Shown in pieces: positions 19,201 through 28,257 of a stretch of 64,000 nt of DNA (its first letter is position 1; each line of letters begins with the position of its first letter). The notes under the pieces were generated by a model. It was not told the DNA's origin and did no database searches. It saw nothing but the letters and a program-made list of their open reading frames with translations. Source of the stretch: Escherichia phage EC.P2; sequence record PQ631072.1; one strand, written 5' to 3'. The translations under genes and the position numbers were made by a program.

Positions 19201-19413
19201 CTATTCATCATCTGAACTCTCTGTTGAGAATGTTCGTGTGTAGGGACACTGACGACTTGCAGAAACCTCTATAACCTTGTCGTACATACCGTTAGAGTAA
19301 AAACAGTATTTTGTACTTCCAGAAACTTGTTCTCCAGAATTAATTAAAGTTATTTGACCAGCATAAGAATAAGAACTGATTACTAGAAGTAAACCGACAA
19401 GAAGTTTTTTCAT
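19201..19413 (-). CDS. small secreted protein (70 aa)
   Basis: N-terminal signal-peptide-like MKKLLVGLLLVISSYSYAG; two Cys; stand-alone gene with own intergenic flanks. Confidence 0.45.
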   Translation of the reverse strand: MKKLLVGLLLVISSYSYAGQITLINSGEQVSGSTKYCFYSNGMYDKVIEVSASRQCPYTRTFSTESSDDE

Positions 19414-19487
19414 GGTGTGTCTCCTTAAAAGCCCACCTAACTAAGTAGGTAGGCATATTAACACATATTAAATTAGTAAGTCAAGTA

Positions 19488-20372
19488 TTATTTTTGAATA
19501 GTTGACTTGATAAGGTCTTGCATAATACCACGGATTTCGTTAAAGCACAGAAGGACAGATGCTTCAAAAGATCCTTCTTCATCATTAAAGTATTTAGGGA
19601 ATTTAATACCACTCAACTTAAATTCTTTATCAACAATAAAGTTAACGAAGCCGTCATATTCCAGGCCAATGGCAACAACGTGCTTACCATCTTCCATAAG
19701 TTCTACTGCACGAGATTCATAAAGGGACTCTTTACTCCATACAACCACACCTTCCGAATCTTCAAGTTTAATATAATTACCCAGGGTCAGTCGTTCAGCT
19801 TCATGTTCTTCTAAGATGGTATCAAAACCTTTAATAATCGCTTCTTCGTGTACACTAAACGGCAGAACTGGGAAAGTACCCAACACCTCACGAAGAAATA
19901 CAGCAATATCTTCACTAATTTTCTTAGTACCATTAAGAACATAGGTAATACTGTTTTCAGTGTCTACAACAACATAGTTATAGAAATCATCTGCCTCTGT
20001 TTCTGGGAGCAAAGAAAACACAATATCAGCCTCAATTGCTTTTTTACTTTCTTTGTCCAAGAAAAACTCTTTGGTAGGATTTGCAGCAATAAACTCTTGT
20101 TCCATTTCCTGGAGCTTTTCATTAAGAATGCGTTTAACTTTCTTCTTGTTAACTTTCTTAACAGACTGCCCTACTTTAATAACCTCTAAACCAGAGAACA
20201 CTTTTACATAGGAACCATCATCTTCAAAACGAACAAGACCAATGGTATGTGCTTGTTGCCCCTGTGCCACAACAAAATCCAGCGGTTTGTCTGTTACTGT
20301 GTTCAGTGCTGAAATAGACAGACCATCACCAGAAATCAGGGTTACGCAAGATTTGAAATTTTTAGCAAACAT
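19488..20372 (-). CDS. rdgC: RdgC-like recombination-associated protein
   Basis: Start trimmed to ATG at 20372 (GAGGAG RBS); MFAKNFK... and DTENSITYVLNGTKKISEDIAVFLREVLGTFPVLPFS parallel E. coli RdgC MLWFKNL... / [37 protein letters not shown]. Confidence 0.6.
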   Translation of the reverse strand: MFAKNFKSCVTLISGDGLSISALNTVTDKPLDFVVAQGQQAHTIGLVRFEDDGSYVKVFSGLEVIKVGQSVKKVNKKKVKRILNEKLQEMEQEFIAANPTKEFFLDKESKKAIEADIVFSLLPETEADDFYNYVVVDTENSITYVLNGTKKISEDIAVFLREVLGTFPVLPFSVHEEAIIKGFDTILEEHEAERLTLGNYIKLEDSEGVVVWSKESLYESRAVELMEDGKHVVAIGLEYDGFVNFIVDKEFKLSGIKFPKYFNDEEGSFEASVLLCFNEIRGIMQDLIKSTIQK

Positions 20373-20382
20373 AGTTTTCTCC

Positions 20383-20661
20383 TCAAATAACAACTACAAA
20401 ATATTTTACACCATCATATTCGACAATATGATCAGGATATTTAAATCCTTTATAAGATTTACCAAACAGACTAACAGCTTCATTAGCTTTGTTTTGCGGA
20501 TTACTCAACCACTGTTCTTCTGTGTAAAACTTAAATTCTGTTCTCTTACCTTCTTTTTCTAAACCAACAATTTCCTGTGTGATATCTTCAATACCTGCAT
20601 TCTTCAAGGATTTGATTACCTGACGCAAACCGTGTTTAAAGATATCTTCTGCTGTTAACAT
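20383..20661 (-). CDS. hypothetical protein (92 aa)
   Basis: ORF. Confidence 0.4.
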   Translation of the reverse strand: MLTAEDIFKHGLRQVIKSLKNAGIEDITQEIVGLEKEGKRTEFKFYTEEQWLSNPQNKANEAVSLFGKSYKGFKYPDHIVEYDGVKYFVVVI

Positions 20662-20697
20662 AATACCTCCAATAAGCCCCCGAAGGGGCTTTATTTC

Positions 20698-21420
20698 TTA
20701 AGCAATGATTGCTGCGATATTAGGTTTAACAAAGGTAGATGGTTTCATAATTTTACCTTTGTCATCAAAGAATACGTATACCTTTTGAACTTCGTTATAT
20801 ACAGCATGTACTCCAGTATAAGAACCTTCTGCACGATCTTTGCTTCGCATCTCGATAGCATCACACTCTTTTTCAAGAGCTTCAACAATATCCTTAGTTT
20901 CCCAAATAGCCAGGAGTTGCTTCTTGGTAGGATACTTGGACTCATTGCTATTCAACACTTCACGCATAACCTTCTTCTCGTTATAAACAGAACGCACCAA
21001 AGTATCTCGTGCCATACGTGTAAGTGTAAGAGACATTAGGGCAAATTGCAAGTCATTTTCTACCATTTTATCAAATTCAATGATAACATCGTAGATGTTT
21101 TCTGCCAGAACATCTCCTGTCGGCATTTCCAGAGCTTTATCAACACCTTCTTTACCAAAGAACATAAACGCCAGGTAGGATGCTACCACAAAAATATCTG
21201 CTGCTGCATCAAGTAATTCAACGTGATCATTTTCCTGTGCTGCTGCTTGGAACTCTTTTAGTTCTTCTCGTACAAAAGAAAGTTGAGCTTCAAACATCTC
21301 TTGAGTAAATTCTGGGGTTACGCCACCACGTGCCTTAGCATTCCAAGCAACAATTTGATCGGCAGCCTTGATAAAGAAGCTATTGTCCACTTTTACTTGT
21401 TTGAAAAAATTCTCGATCAT
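20698..21420 (-). CDS. MazG-like nucleoside triphosphate pyrophosphohydrolase
   Basis: EELKEFQAAAQENDHVELLDAAADIFVV matches all-alpha NTP-PPase EExxE...E...DxxxD metal-binding pattern. Confidence 0.55.
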   Translation of the reverse strand: MIENFFKQVKVDNSFFIKAADQIVAWNAKARGGVTPEFTQEMFEAQLSFVREELKEFQAAAQENDHVELLDAAADIFVVASYLAFMFFGKEGVDKALEMPTGDVLAENIYDVIIEFDKMVENDLQFALMSLTLTRMARDTLVRSVYNEKKVMREVLNSNESKYPTKKQLLAIWETKDIVEALEKECDAIEMRSKDRAEGSYTGVHAVYNEVQKVYVFFDDKGKIMKPSTFVKPNIAAIIA

Positions 21421-21429
21421 TGTTTCTCC

Positions 21430-21609
21430 TTATTTAAAATATTGTTCTAACAAAACACTAATGCGAACTACCGATTCGCCCATATACGCCCCAGCACAGA
21501 GGAAAACAATAAATCTACAAAAATTGCAGTACCATTTGTCCACTGGAAACGAGCCTAACATTATAATTGCAATAGCAATTAACATCATAAGAACTGTTAC
21601 TAATACCAT
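21430..21609 (-). CDS. small membrane protein (59 aa)
   Basis: Unlisted ORF MVLVTVLMMLIAIAIIMLGSFPVDKWYC..., hydrophobic helix, AGAGGT RBS. Confidence 0.35.
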   Translation of the reverse strand: MVLVTVLMMLIAIAIIMLGSFPVDKWYCNFCRFIVFLCAGAYMGESVVRISVLLEQYFK

Positions 21610-21618
21610 ACTTACCTC

Positions 21619-22734
21619 TTACTCTGCTGGCTCCCAAGTACCTGGAATCATCTTACGTAAACGGACACCTGTTGGTTTAGTAGGTATTCCACCATCGGAA
21701 AACTCTTCATACTCAATCTCAACAAATTTACCAATTAACATTTCAGCATTTTCTGCTTTACGATAGTTAATGGTTTCATCTGAATCCTTACGCATCAGGA
21801 ATTCGACTACTTTACCATTTTCCATCTCGCCTGTCAATACCCCGTCACCATTTTTATCACGTTTTGCACTTACCACCTTAACTTCAAGCGTCTGCCGTGG
21901 TTTACGTTTAATAACATCATAAGAACGTTTATCAAACTCGTAAACACCTTGTGCATTACGATAAACAACACCTTCAGCTTTCTCACGCAGAGCTTTTGCA
22001 TAGAACGCATCAAACTGCTCTTGGTTTTCAATGTACTCTGTATGCACTACACAAATAAGTTCATCTAAACCTTTATCTTCAACTACTTCTTTTAGAGCAG
22101 CCAAAACTTCAACCCTCTTCTCAAATGGTACAGATGGTACAGGAACATCATATACATAGTATTTAAGAAGCGGAGTGTTAGCATTATGCTTTTTCCACGC
22201 ACTATTAATTTGTTGAAGGCTAAGGACACCCAAACCAGCAAAAACTTCACCGTCAAGAGGATGACCAACTACTTCTTTAATGAAGGTTGGAATTTCTTTC
22301 CAGTGAGGTGGAAGTTTATATACTTCCCCAGCTTTAGATAAGCATTCACCTTGCATGTTAATCATTGAACGTAGACCATTCAATTTATATTGTGCATAAC
22401 CTGGGAACAAAACACGATCAGCATAATCTTTATAATCCTGACATTTCATGGGTGTGGAAGGAACATGGTTTTCAGCTTCCTCTTTTGTTTTATAATACCC
22501 ATTCTTAAGTTGCTTTGTCCATTTGGCAAGAGCTTCGATTTCAGCTTGTTCTTCTGCTGTTGTTTCATTTGAGCGACCAATATTTTTAGGTTCTGCTGTA
22601 TAAGATTTGCTAGTAATCTTTCCACCTAATTGACCATGAGCAACAGTTACAACACTACCTTCGGTATAGACTGACCACTGTTTAATTTTACCTGTAGAAG
22701 TTTTACCATATAGTGTAGGATTAGTTTGTTTCAT
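21619..22734 (-). CDS. ATP-dependent DNA ligase
   Basis: Start trimmed to ATG at 22734 (GGAGGT RBS); motif I YKLNGLR (KxDGxR-type adenylation lysine). Confidence 0.7.
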   Translation of the reverse strand: MKQTNPTLYGKTSTGKIKQWSVYTEGSVVTVAHGQLGGKITSKSYTAEPKNIGRSNETTAEEQAEIEALAKWTKQLKNGYYKTKEEAENHVPSTPMKCQDYKDYADRVLFPGYAQYKLNGLRSMINMQGECLSKAGEVYKLPPHWKEIPTFIKEVVGHPLDGEVFAGLGVLSLQQINSAWKKHNANTPLLKYYVYDVPVPSVPFEKRVEVLAALKEVVEDKGLDELICVVHTEYIENQEQFDAFYAKALREKAEGVVYRNAQGVYEFDKRSYDVIKRKPRQTLEVKVVSAKRDKNGDGVLTGEMENGKVVEFLMRKDSDETINYRKAENAEMLIGKFVEIEYEEFSDGGIPTKPTGVRLRKMIPGTWEPAE

Positions 22735-22924
22735 CTTTAACCTCCAGTTGCGAAAGAACCCATTTAGCCATTTCAATTTCACCGTGTAGTCTGCCTAGTT
22801 CATAGGCATCATCAATATTACCACCAGTGTAATCATCCACCATAAAGTAAGGATCTTCGCTACTGTTAGGTGCGTTTGCAATTCTCGTTAGTTCTTCGAT
22901 AAATGTCATAGTTACCCTTACCAA
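22721..22924 (-). CDS. hypothetical protein (67 aa)
   Basis: ORF. Confidence 0.35.
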   Translation of the reverse strand: MVRVTMTFIEELTRIANAPNSSEDPYFMVDDYTGGNIDDAYELGRLHGEIEMAKWVLSQLEVKDETN

Positions 22925-23142
22925 TTATACACAAGAGTTTGAATCTCTTCCATCAAGTCTTCAAGATCTGTATCAACGTATTCAGAAGATGTTGCCATAA
23001 AGTATGTAATCATTGTGAACCCTTCCGAAGAAAGGGCATCAAGGATATCATTAAACATATCTTCCATTTCAGTATTCTCACCAAATGAGAATAACATTTG
23101 TTGATCTTCGCTTACACCTTTAACATAGATAGCTGTACTCAT
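22918..23142 (-). CDS. hypothetical acidic protein (74 aa)
   Basis: ORF. Confidence 0.35.
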   Translation of the reverse strand: MSTAIYVKGVSEDQQMLFSFGENTEMEDMFNDILDALSSEGFTMITYFMATSSEYVDTDLEDLMEEIQTLVYNW

Positions 23143-23145
23143 ATA

Positions 23146-23466
23146 TTAATCCTTAAGACGTTCATTTAAATCTGCAATAACATCACCTAAATCTTCACAT
23201 TCCAGTGTTAACTCTGAAACTTGTCCACTCAAATAACAAACTTCTTCATTTAAATCTGAAATAATGTTTTCTAATGAATCTACTTGGTCATCATATGAAC
23301 GTTTTGTTTCTTCAAGTTCTTCCGTAAGATCATTAATCAAACGGAGCAAAGATAAGATATAGCCGTCTCCTGTCTCGTTCCTCCACTCACTTCCATAGCG
23401 ATAAATAATAATTTCACCATTATCTACTACTGTAAAATACTTACCTTCACCAGAATAAATTTCCAT
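23146..23466 (-). CDS. hypothetical coiled-coil protein (106 aa)
   Basis: ORF; heptad-like acidic C-terminal half. Confidence 0.4.
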   Translation of the reverse strand: MEIYSGEGKYFTVVDNGEIIIYRYGSEWRNETGDGYILSLLRLINDLTEELEETKRSYDDQVDSLENIISDLNEEVCYLSGQVSELTLECEDLGDVIADLNERLKD

Positions 23467-23475
23467 ACACTCTCC

Positions 23476-23880
23476 TTATTGTAGCTTAAGTGAACTGCGA
23501 AGACGTTTCTCTTGCTGATCACGAATATGTTGTGGAACCTCATGAATTGAGTCGTTACCGTGCCTATTTTCAACAACTAAGGAGATAACTTGATAACCAA
23601 ACTCTTCAGCAAGAGTAAAATAAGGTTTAAGTTCTTTCTCTGTGGTTGAAGTGTTAGAGACAATAATCTTTTTAATATTAGATGCCATAGCATCACGAAC
23701 AATACTCTGACACCATGCGTGTGCTTTACCTACATTCTCTGGCTTCCAATCGTAAACACCACTATCTGTGTAATGATATTGATCTGCCTCACAGATAGGC
23801 CAATAACCTTCAGAAATAATTTCTGCTACTGTAGATTTACCTGCACCTGAAACACCACGTAAGATGATAAGTTGTTTCAT
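23476..23880 (-). CDS. P-loop kinase, probable polynucleotide 5'-kinase
   Basis: 134 aa; Walker A LRGVSGAGKST; ATG overlaps stop of upstream RNA ligase (TAAATG). Confidence 0.55.
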   Translation of the reverse strand: MKQLIILRGVSGAGKSTVAEIISEGYWPICEADQYHYTDSGVYDWKPENVGKAHAWCQSIVRDAMASNIKKIIVSNTSTTEKELKPYFTLAEEFGYQVISLVVENRHGNDSIHEVPQHIRDQQEKRLRSSLKLQ

Positions 23881-24813
23881 TTAGCCTCCAAAGAAGTTTT
23901 CTATTTCTTTACGTCGCTCTTGTGGATCTAAAGCAGCCCATTGAGTTTTAGTAAAGTTGTTTCGAAGCCATTCTAGCAAAGTATAATATTCTTCGTCAAC
24001 AATTTGTTTAGCATTTTTTGGGTTGTCCCAAATCATATCCCACTTCTTATTGCCACCACGCATAAGGAATTTCTTAGCAAGATAGTATGGTGACTTAATC
24101 TTTAACAGCAAGTTAAACGGATAGTTTGTTTCACGAACAACAAACCCTTCGTGCTTACAATGTTTAGACATTTCAACAACATCTGAAAATTTAATCATCG
24201 GATAAACTTCAGGACGTTTAAATTTTGTAATAGATGCAATCCCATCAAGCACACCTTCAGGTAGCATGAAACTTGTCCCATCAGGATTTTGAATCCTTGC
24301 TCCAATTAAGTATGCGCCTGGTTCTTCTTCAACAATATGTGGATCAGAAGGATCACAGATTTCAAAAAGGAAAGTTGCTTTTGCACTTTCTGTCCACTTA
24401 ATGAAATATTCTATGTCATCACACTCGGAAACAATATGATTCTTGGCAAGAATTGCAAAATCTGACTCTAGGCTCCCTGTTGTTGATACAATAAGTTGCC
24501 CTTTGTACACACCTACAGATGCCATAAAACCGTTTACTTTACGGACAGCATCTACAAGCTGGTCTGCTGGAAGATCTGTACCATTCTCAAAACGATTAAA
24601 GATTTTAGTAAAAGGCCAAATAACAACATTGTCTTCTGAGTCAACAACCAACCCACGACAATCTAGAAGGCGTTTGTCTACGTCCCACAAGTTGTCCCAG
24701 AATACATTGTTTTTGTATTTAAGTACAGCAAGACCAGCATACTCTCCAGATTTAACTTCTTTTTTATGCACTAAACCTTTTGCAATCAGGTCATCACAAT
24801 TGAACTTAGCCAC
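23881..24813 (-). CDS. Rnl1-family ATP-dependent RNA ligase
   Basis: GTG start; LDCRGLVVD...KIFNRFEN...RKVNGFMASVGVYKGQLIVSTTGSLESDFA parallels T4 Rnl1 ECRGIMFE...KFFNLNEN...[30 protein letters not shown] including motif I lysine. Confidence 0.7.
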   Translation of the reverse strand: MAKFNCDDLIAKGLVHKKEVKSGEYAGLAVLKYKNNVFWDNLWDVDKRLLDCRGLVVDSEDNVVIWPFTKIFNRFENGTDLPADQLVDAVRKVNGFMASVGVYKGQLIVSTTGSLESDFAILAKNHIVSECDDIEYFIKWTESAKATFLFEICDPSDPHIVEEEPGAYLIGARIQNPDGTSFMLPEGVLDGIASITKFKRPEVYPMIKFSDVVEMSKHCKHEGFVVRETNYPFNLLLKIKSPYYLAKKFLMRGGNKKWDMIWDNPKNAKQIVDEEYYTLLEWLRNNFTKTQWAALDPQERRKEIENFFGG

Positions 24814-24814
24814 C

Positions 24815-25366
24815 TTAATCTCCTTTGATTATCTTATGATGGTCTACAACAACAATATCACGCTTATCCATAATAGAGATGATTTCGTCAAAATGCAAGA
24901 TTTTTCCGTGTGCGTCCCAACCAACATCCAACATTTTCCCATACAAATGATCAGGGAATGATCCGTGAGAGTGCCCGTGTAGCATGATTGATCCATGCCC
25001 TTGTTTATTCCAGGAAGCCATAGGGTAATGGCTTAAGACGAAGAACAGTTTCTGATATTTCACTTCATCATAATACACCACCTCGCCATATTCTGCAAGC
25101 ACTTCTCGGTGTTTGCTGTAATCATGGTTCCCAACACAGTAAGTGATATCACCTTGGAGACGGGAAGCAATCTTACGGGTATCTTCTTCAGTCCCGAAAC
25201 AGAAGTCCCCAAGATGGTACATCTTTACTCCTGGTGTTGTGGCACATTTATTCCATGCTTCGATCAGTGCTTCTGTCATATGCTCCATATCTTCCCACGG
25301 GCGATATTCAGGAGCAAACTCTCGGATACGTTTGTGCATAAAATGCAAATCACTTGTAATAAACAT
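24815..25366 (-). CDS. calcineurin-like metallophosphoesterase
   Basis: 183 aa; DLHFMH, LGDFCFG and GNHDY metal-binding motifs. Confidence 0.65.
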   Translation of the reverse strand: MFITSDLHFMHKRIREFAPEYRPWEDMEHMTEALIEAWNKCATTPGVKMYHLGDFCFGTEEDTRKIASRLQGDITYCVGNHDYSKHREVLAEYGEVVYYDEVKYQKLFFVLSHYPMASWNKQGHGSIMLHGHSHGSFPDHLYGKMLDVGWDAHGKILHFDEIISIMDKRDIVVVDHHKIIKGD

Positions 25367-25728
25367 TAGTATAATCCCTCGCTGAATAGTTCACTGTCGT
25401 GACCATTTCTTTCGTAGTTAATTTGTTTGGCGTTATCTGCAATGATATAAGCATCTTTGCGACTCCACCAGTTATAATACTGGTCAATAAACCCTTGATT
25501 ATCAGGTAAGCAAAACAGTTTATCAATCAATCCTGCATCTTTTAAAACATTAATTTGTGCAGATAGTACAGGATTCGCATGCCTAACACAAGGAATAATT
25601 AACTCTTCGCCATTGTTGAGAATATACTTATTCGCAGCGCAGACTATAACACGTTGAGCATAGTGATCCTCACCAATCCAAGTAAGAGGTTGGTAACAAA
25701 TATCATGTTGATTAGTAGTGCACATCAA
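25366..25728 (-). CDS. hypothetical protein (120 aa)
   Basis: ORF translationally coupled to phosphoesterase (ATGA overlap). Confidence 0.45.
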   Translation of the reverse strand: MMCTTNQHDICYQPLTWIGEDHYAQRVIVCAANKYILNNGEELIIPCVRHANPVLSAQINVLKDAGLIDKLFCLPDNQGFIDQYYNWWSRKDAYIIADNAKQINYERNGHDSELFSEGLY

Positions 25729-25871
25729 TTTTCTTCATACTCTTCGTCTGTATGTATATCGTAAAAGCAATCTTCAAAAGTTGCAAGTGCTTTTTCTACA
25801 TCGGGCCAATGGTTAGTGTGTTTGTATATATAAAACCCATCCCCTTCATCTACCCAAATAACATAAAGCAT
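25725..25871 (-). CDS. small protein (48 aa)
   Basis: Unlisted ORF MLYVIWVDEGDGFYIYKHTNHWPDVEKALATFEDCFYDIHTDEEYEEN with TAAGGAGG RBS. Confidence 0.35.
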   Translation of the reverse strand: MLYVIWVDEGDGFYIYKHTNHWPDVEKALATFEDCFYDIHTDEEYEEN

Positions 25872-25880
25872 AACACCTCC

Positions 25881-26222
25881 TTAATAGTTAACACGTTTAA
25901 TTTCAACACCATAGGATGAAATAAAATTTTCCTTAGCTAACATATATTTACCAGCAGCAGAAGGGTTTGATGTATGGACATAGATAGTTTTAAGAGCATC
26001 CCATTCACCCGCATACAACATACATTCTACGTCTAAGAATGCATGATATCCTTCCTGATCTTCTCCAAGATCATTATCGAAGTGTATCTCTGAGATATTA
26101 TTGAAATTATCTTCATCTGAAACAAAAGATAACCAATCCTCAAAAGATTTTAACCAAATGGCATCCTCATAACCATAATCTTTAGGATCTCTTAAATCGT
26201 CTAACCAAAGAATTTTAGCCAC
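25881..26222 (-). CDS. receiver-like domain protein (113 aa)
   Basis: GTG start at 26222 with AAGGGGG RBS; N-terminal AKILWLDDLRDP resembles the hydrophobic-strand-plus-acidic-pair start of receiver (REC) folds. Confidence 0.35.
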   Translation of the reverse strand: MAKILWLDDLRDPKDYGYEDAIWLKSFEDWLSFVSDEDNFNNISEIHFDNDLGEDQEGYHAFLDVECMLYAGEWDALKTIYVHTSNPSAAGKYMLAKENFISSYGVEIKRVNY

Positions 26223-26224
26223 TA

Positions 26225-26416
26225 TCAACCCCCTTCTTGTTTCTCTTCTTTCCAAGTTTTACCATTATCTACCAACCTCTTAGAAACAGCAAATCTTTCT
26301 CCATTGATATAAAACAAATAAAGAATAAAGGATTTTCCTATAGTTACAGTATCTACTACTTCTACACGCTTCACACCTTGCATGTATTTGGCTTTACCTG
26401 AATAAATAAGGAACAT
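26225..26416 (-). CDS. hypothetical protein (63 aa)
   Basis: ORF. Confidence 0.35.
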   Translation of the reverse strand: MFLIYSGKAKYMQGVKRVEVVDTVTIGKSFILYLFYINGERFAVSKRLVDNGKTWKEEKQEGG

Positions 26417-26694
26417 TACTTATTCCTTTTGTTGTTGATCACATCTAAAGCTGTGTAAGGTTTGTTTGTACCGCTGTATTCAAGAATAATTGGTACATAT
26501 TCATAGACCAACTCAAAAGTACCATACATAGAATCTGCAACTGAAATAAGCATTTCAGTGCCTTTGTCGTTCTTAATTAATGAAAATCTTGCCCCTGGTT
26601 TATTGAGCACTTCATATTTCTTACCTGCTGTCAGCAAACCTGAATACCATTCATTTTGCACAACAGACAAACACTTCAGATAAGTTTTTCTCAT
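26416..26694 (-). CDS. hypothetical protein (92 aa)
   Basis: ORF. Confidence 0.4.
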   Translation of the reverse strand: MRKTYLKCLSVVQNEWYSGLLTAGKKYEVLNKPGARFSLIKNDKGTEMLISVADSMYGTFELVYEYVPIILEYSGTNKPYTALDVINNKRNK

Positions 26695-27032
26695 TTCTTT
26701 TTGCTCCTTCTTTTAGGCTTCTCGTATAAACCTAACACAGCCGACTCTTTTGCGCAAATAGGAACTGACTTCATTCCTCGTTTTTTAGCTTCTGGTAGAT
26801 TCAAAACCCACCAGCCAAACCAGTACAATTCATCTTCTGTGAAAGGATCTGCCATAGGATCTGCATCACGTGCTTCAAATTTAGCAAGAGCTTCTTCTAT
26901 CTTTTCTATTGGAGTATCAAAGACAAAAGCCTCTGTGTCAAATTTTTGTTTCTTAGGAGCGGCTTTTGCCGCCCCATCTTTAGATGCGCGCTTTGTTACG
27001 GATCGCTTCTTCGGTGTTTTCGCCATCAACAA
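26691..27032 (-). CDS. basic protein with Lys/Ala-rich N-terminus, possible DNA-binding (113 aa)
   Basis: MAKTPKKRSVTKRASKDGAAKAAPKKQK histone-H1-like tail and basic C-terminus KPKRRSKKK. Confidence 0.4.
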   Translation of the reverse strand: MLMAKTPKKRSVTKRASKDGAAKAAPKKQKFDTEAFVFDTPIEKIEEALAKFEARDADPMADPFTEDELYWFGWWVLNLPEAKKRGMKSVPICAKESAVLGLYEKPKRRSKKK

Positions 27033-27219
27033 CCTCCATGCGGTGTAAGAAATCTTGCTGGAATCGCCAATACTGTTGACCAGTCCTTACATCTTCGTAG
27101 ATCACAACAGGATCAAATACTTTAGATACACCCGCTGGTTTAGGAAAGCCAACTACACGATATAAACCGCCTTTGCTAATACAAGAATATGTTACACCAG
27201 TTAAAATTTCTTTTTTCAT
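26980..27219 (-). CDS. hypothetical protein (79 aa)
   Basis: ORF. Confidence 0.35.
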   Translation of the reverse strand: MKKEILTGVTYSCISKGGLYRVVGFPKPAGVSKVFDPVVIYEDVRTGQQYWRFQQDFLHRMEVVDGENTEEAIRNKARI

Positions 27220-27413
27220 TTCTTAATAAACTCCAATACAGGTACGTGATCAGCAGTTAAAGTTACACAATTGTAACTTACCTTTTCAACTTCAGAGAAT
27301 GCTTCAACCCATAGCAAGAAATTCTCTTTAGCTTCTTCATAATTCAATGTTGACTTAACAACATGGAACTCACCAAGGATTACTCTATAGATTGTTTGCA
27401 TAGTTTGATTCAT
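27216..27413 (-). CDS. hypothetical protein (65 aa)
   Basis: ORF. Confidence 0.35.
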   Translation of the reverse strand: MNQTMQTIYRVILGEFHVVKSTLNYEEAKENFLLWVEAFSEVEKVSYNCVTLTADHVPVLEFIKK

Positions 27414-27479
27414 TTATTTTTCCTTTGTTTAAAATGTGTTAAACAATCGCAAATGCTTGTGACGCACTTTGTGATCCCA

Positions 27480-27848
27480 CTAATTAATGTCAGCACTATG
27501 ATTGTTGAGAGTATAGGATACTCCATCGCCCAAGTCAACATGAATCTCAACTCCTAACTGTCTTTCTAATGGTAAACGTTTTGAGAATTGATAATTACAA
27601 AGTTTACAGTCTAAGTCAAGCAACTCATGTTTGCTTAAACCTGCAACGATAACTTTGCTTCCCACTGTCCACTCAATACCTTCAAAGTTATCTCTTCTTT
27701 TCAAAATGTCAAGTAAGAAGATTATTTGTTGCCATTCCGTAGACAAGTCTTCTTCATAGAATGCAGAACAAAAAGTTTTATCATCGTAGAAAGCATACAT
27801 TATGCCTCCATCTATTGTTTCACTTCTAACGTAACGTGTGACCCTCAT
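27480..27848 (-). CDS. hypothetical protein, first gene of minus-strand block (122 aa)
   Basis: Start trimmed to ATG at 27848 with AGGAGGG RBS. Confidence 0.45.
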   Translation of the reverse strand: MRVTRYVRSETIDGGIMYAFYDDKTFCSAFYEEDLSTEWQQIIFLLDILKRRDNFEGIEWTVGSKVIVAGLSKHELLDLDCKLCNYQFSKRLPLERQLGVEIHVDLGDGVSYTLNNHSADIN

Positions 27849-27887
27849 TATTCCCTCCTGTATGGCTCTGTAACGAGCTAATAGCAC

Positions 27888-28257
27888 CTAAGATATGCAA
27901 TCACCTTACCTCACAGTAAAACTCGTTACAATCGTTTTTAGGAGGTTCAGGTTGTACTTAAAAATAATCTAAAAAGGTGTTGACAAACGCAAAAAAGTAT
28001 GCTACCCTAACCCCCGAAAAACGCCGAGCGCAGCGAGGGGGTGTTATCTAATCTTGTGATACATGATCTAACAGACAACTGAGTAGTCTACATATAGCAC
28101 TATGTTATGTCTATAATACTAACATACATGCTCTATACTAACAATAGATTATTTATTAATTTTATTATTAATTAAATAATAAATATCTATTGACTTTAGA
28201 TCTATCTGTATGTAGAGTAGAGAACATAAAGTCCTAACTCAACTAAGGAGATAAAGA
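27888..28257. promoter_or_regulatory. AT-rich divergent control region between minus- and plus-strand gene blocks (candidate promoter cluster / origin)
   Basis: 370 bp non-coding; contains TTGACA at 27980, a GC-rich hairpin CCCCCG...CGAGGGGG (about 28010-28043), direct repeats CTATAATACTAACA / CTATACTAACA (28115-28145), and AT palindrome ATTTATTAATT...AATTAAATAATAAAT (28150-28185). Confidence 0.5.
28190..28218 (+). promoter_or_regulatory. sigma70-type promoter (TTGACT-17-TAGAGT) for prs-like gene
   Basis: -35 TTGACT at 28190-28195, 17-nt spacer, -10 TAGAGT at 28213-28218, about 40 nt upstream of ATG 28258. Confidence 0.55.
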
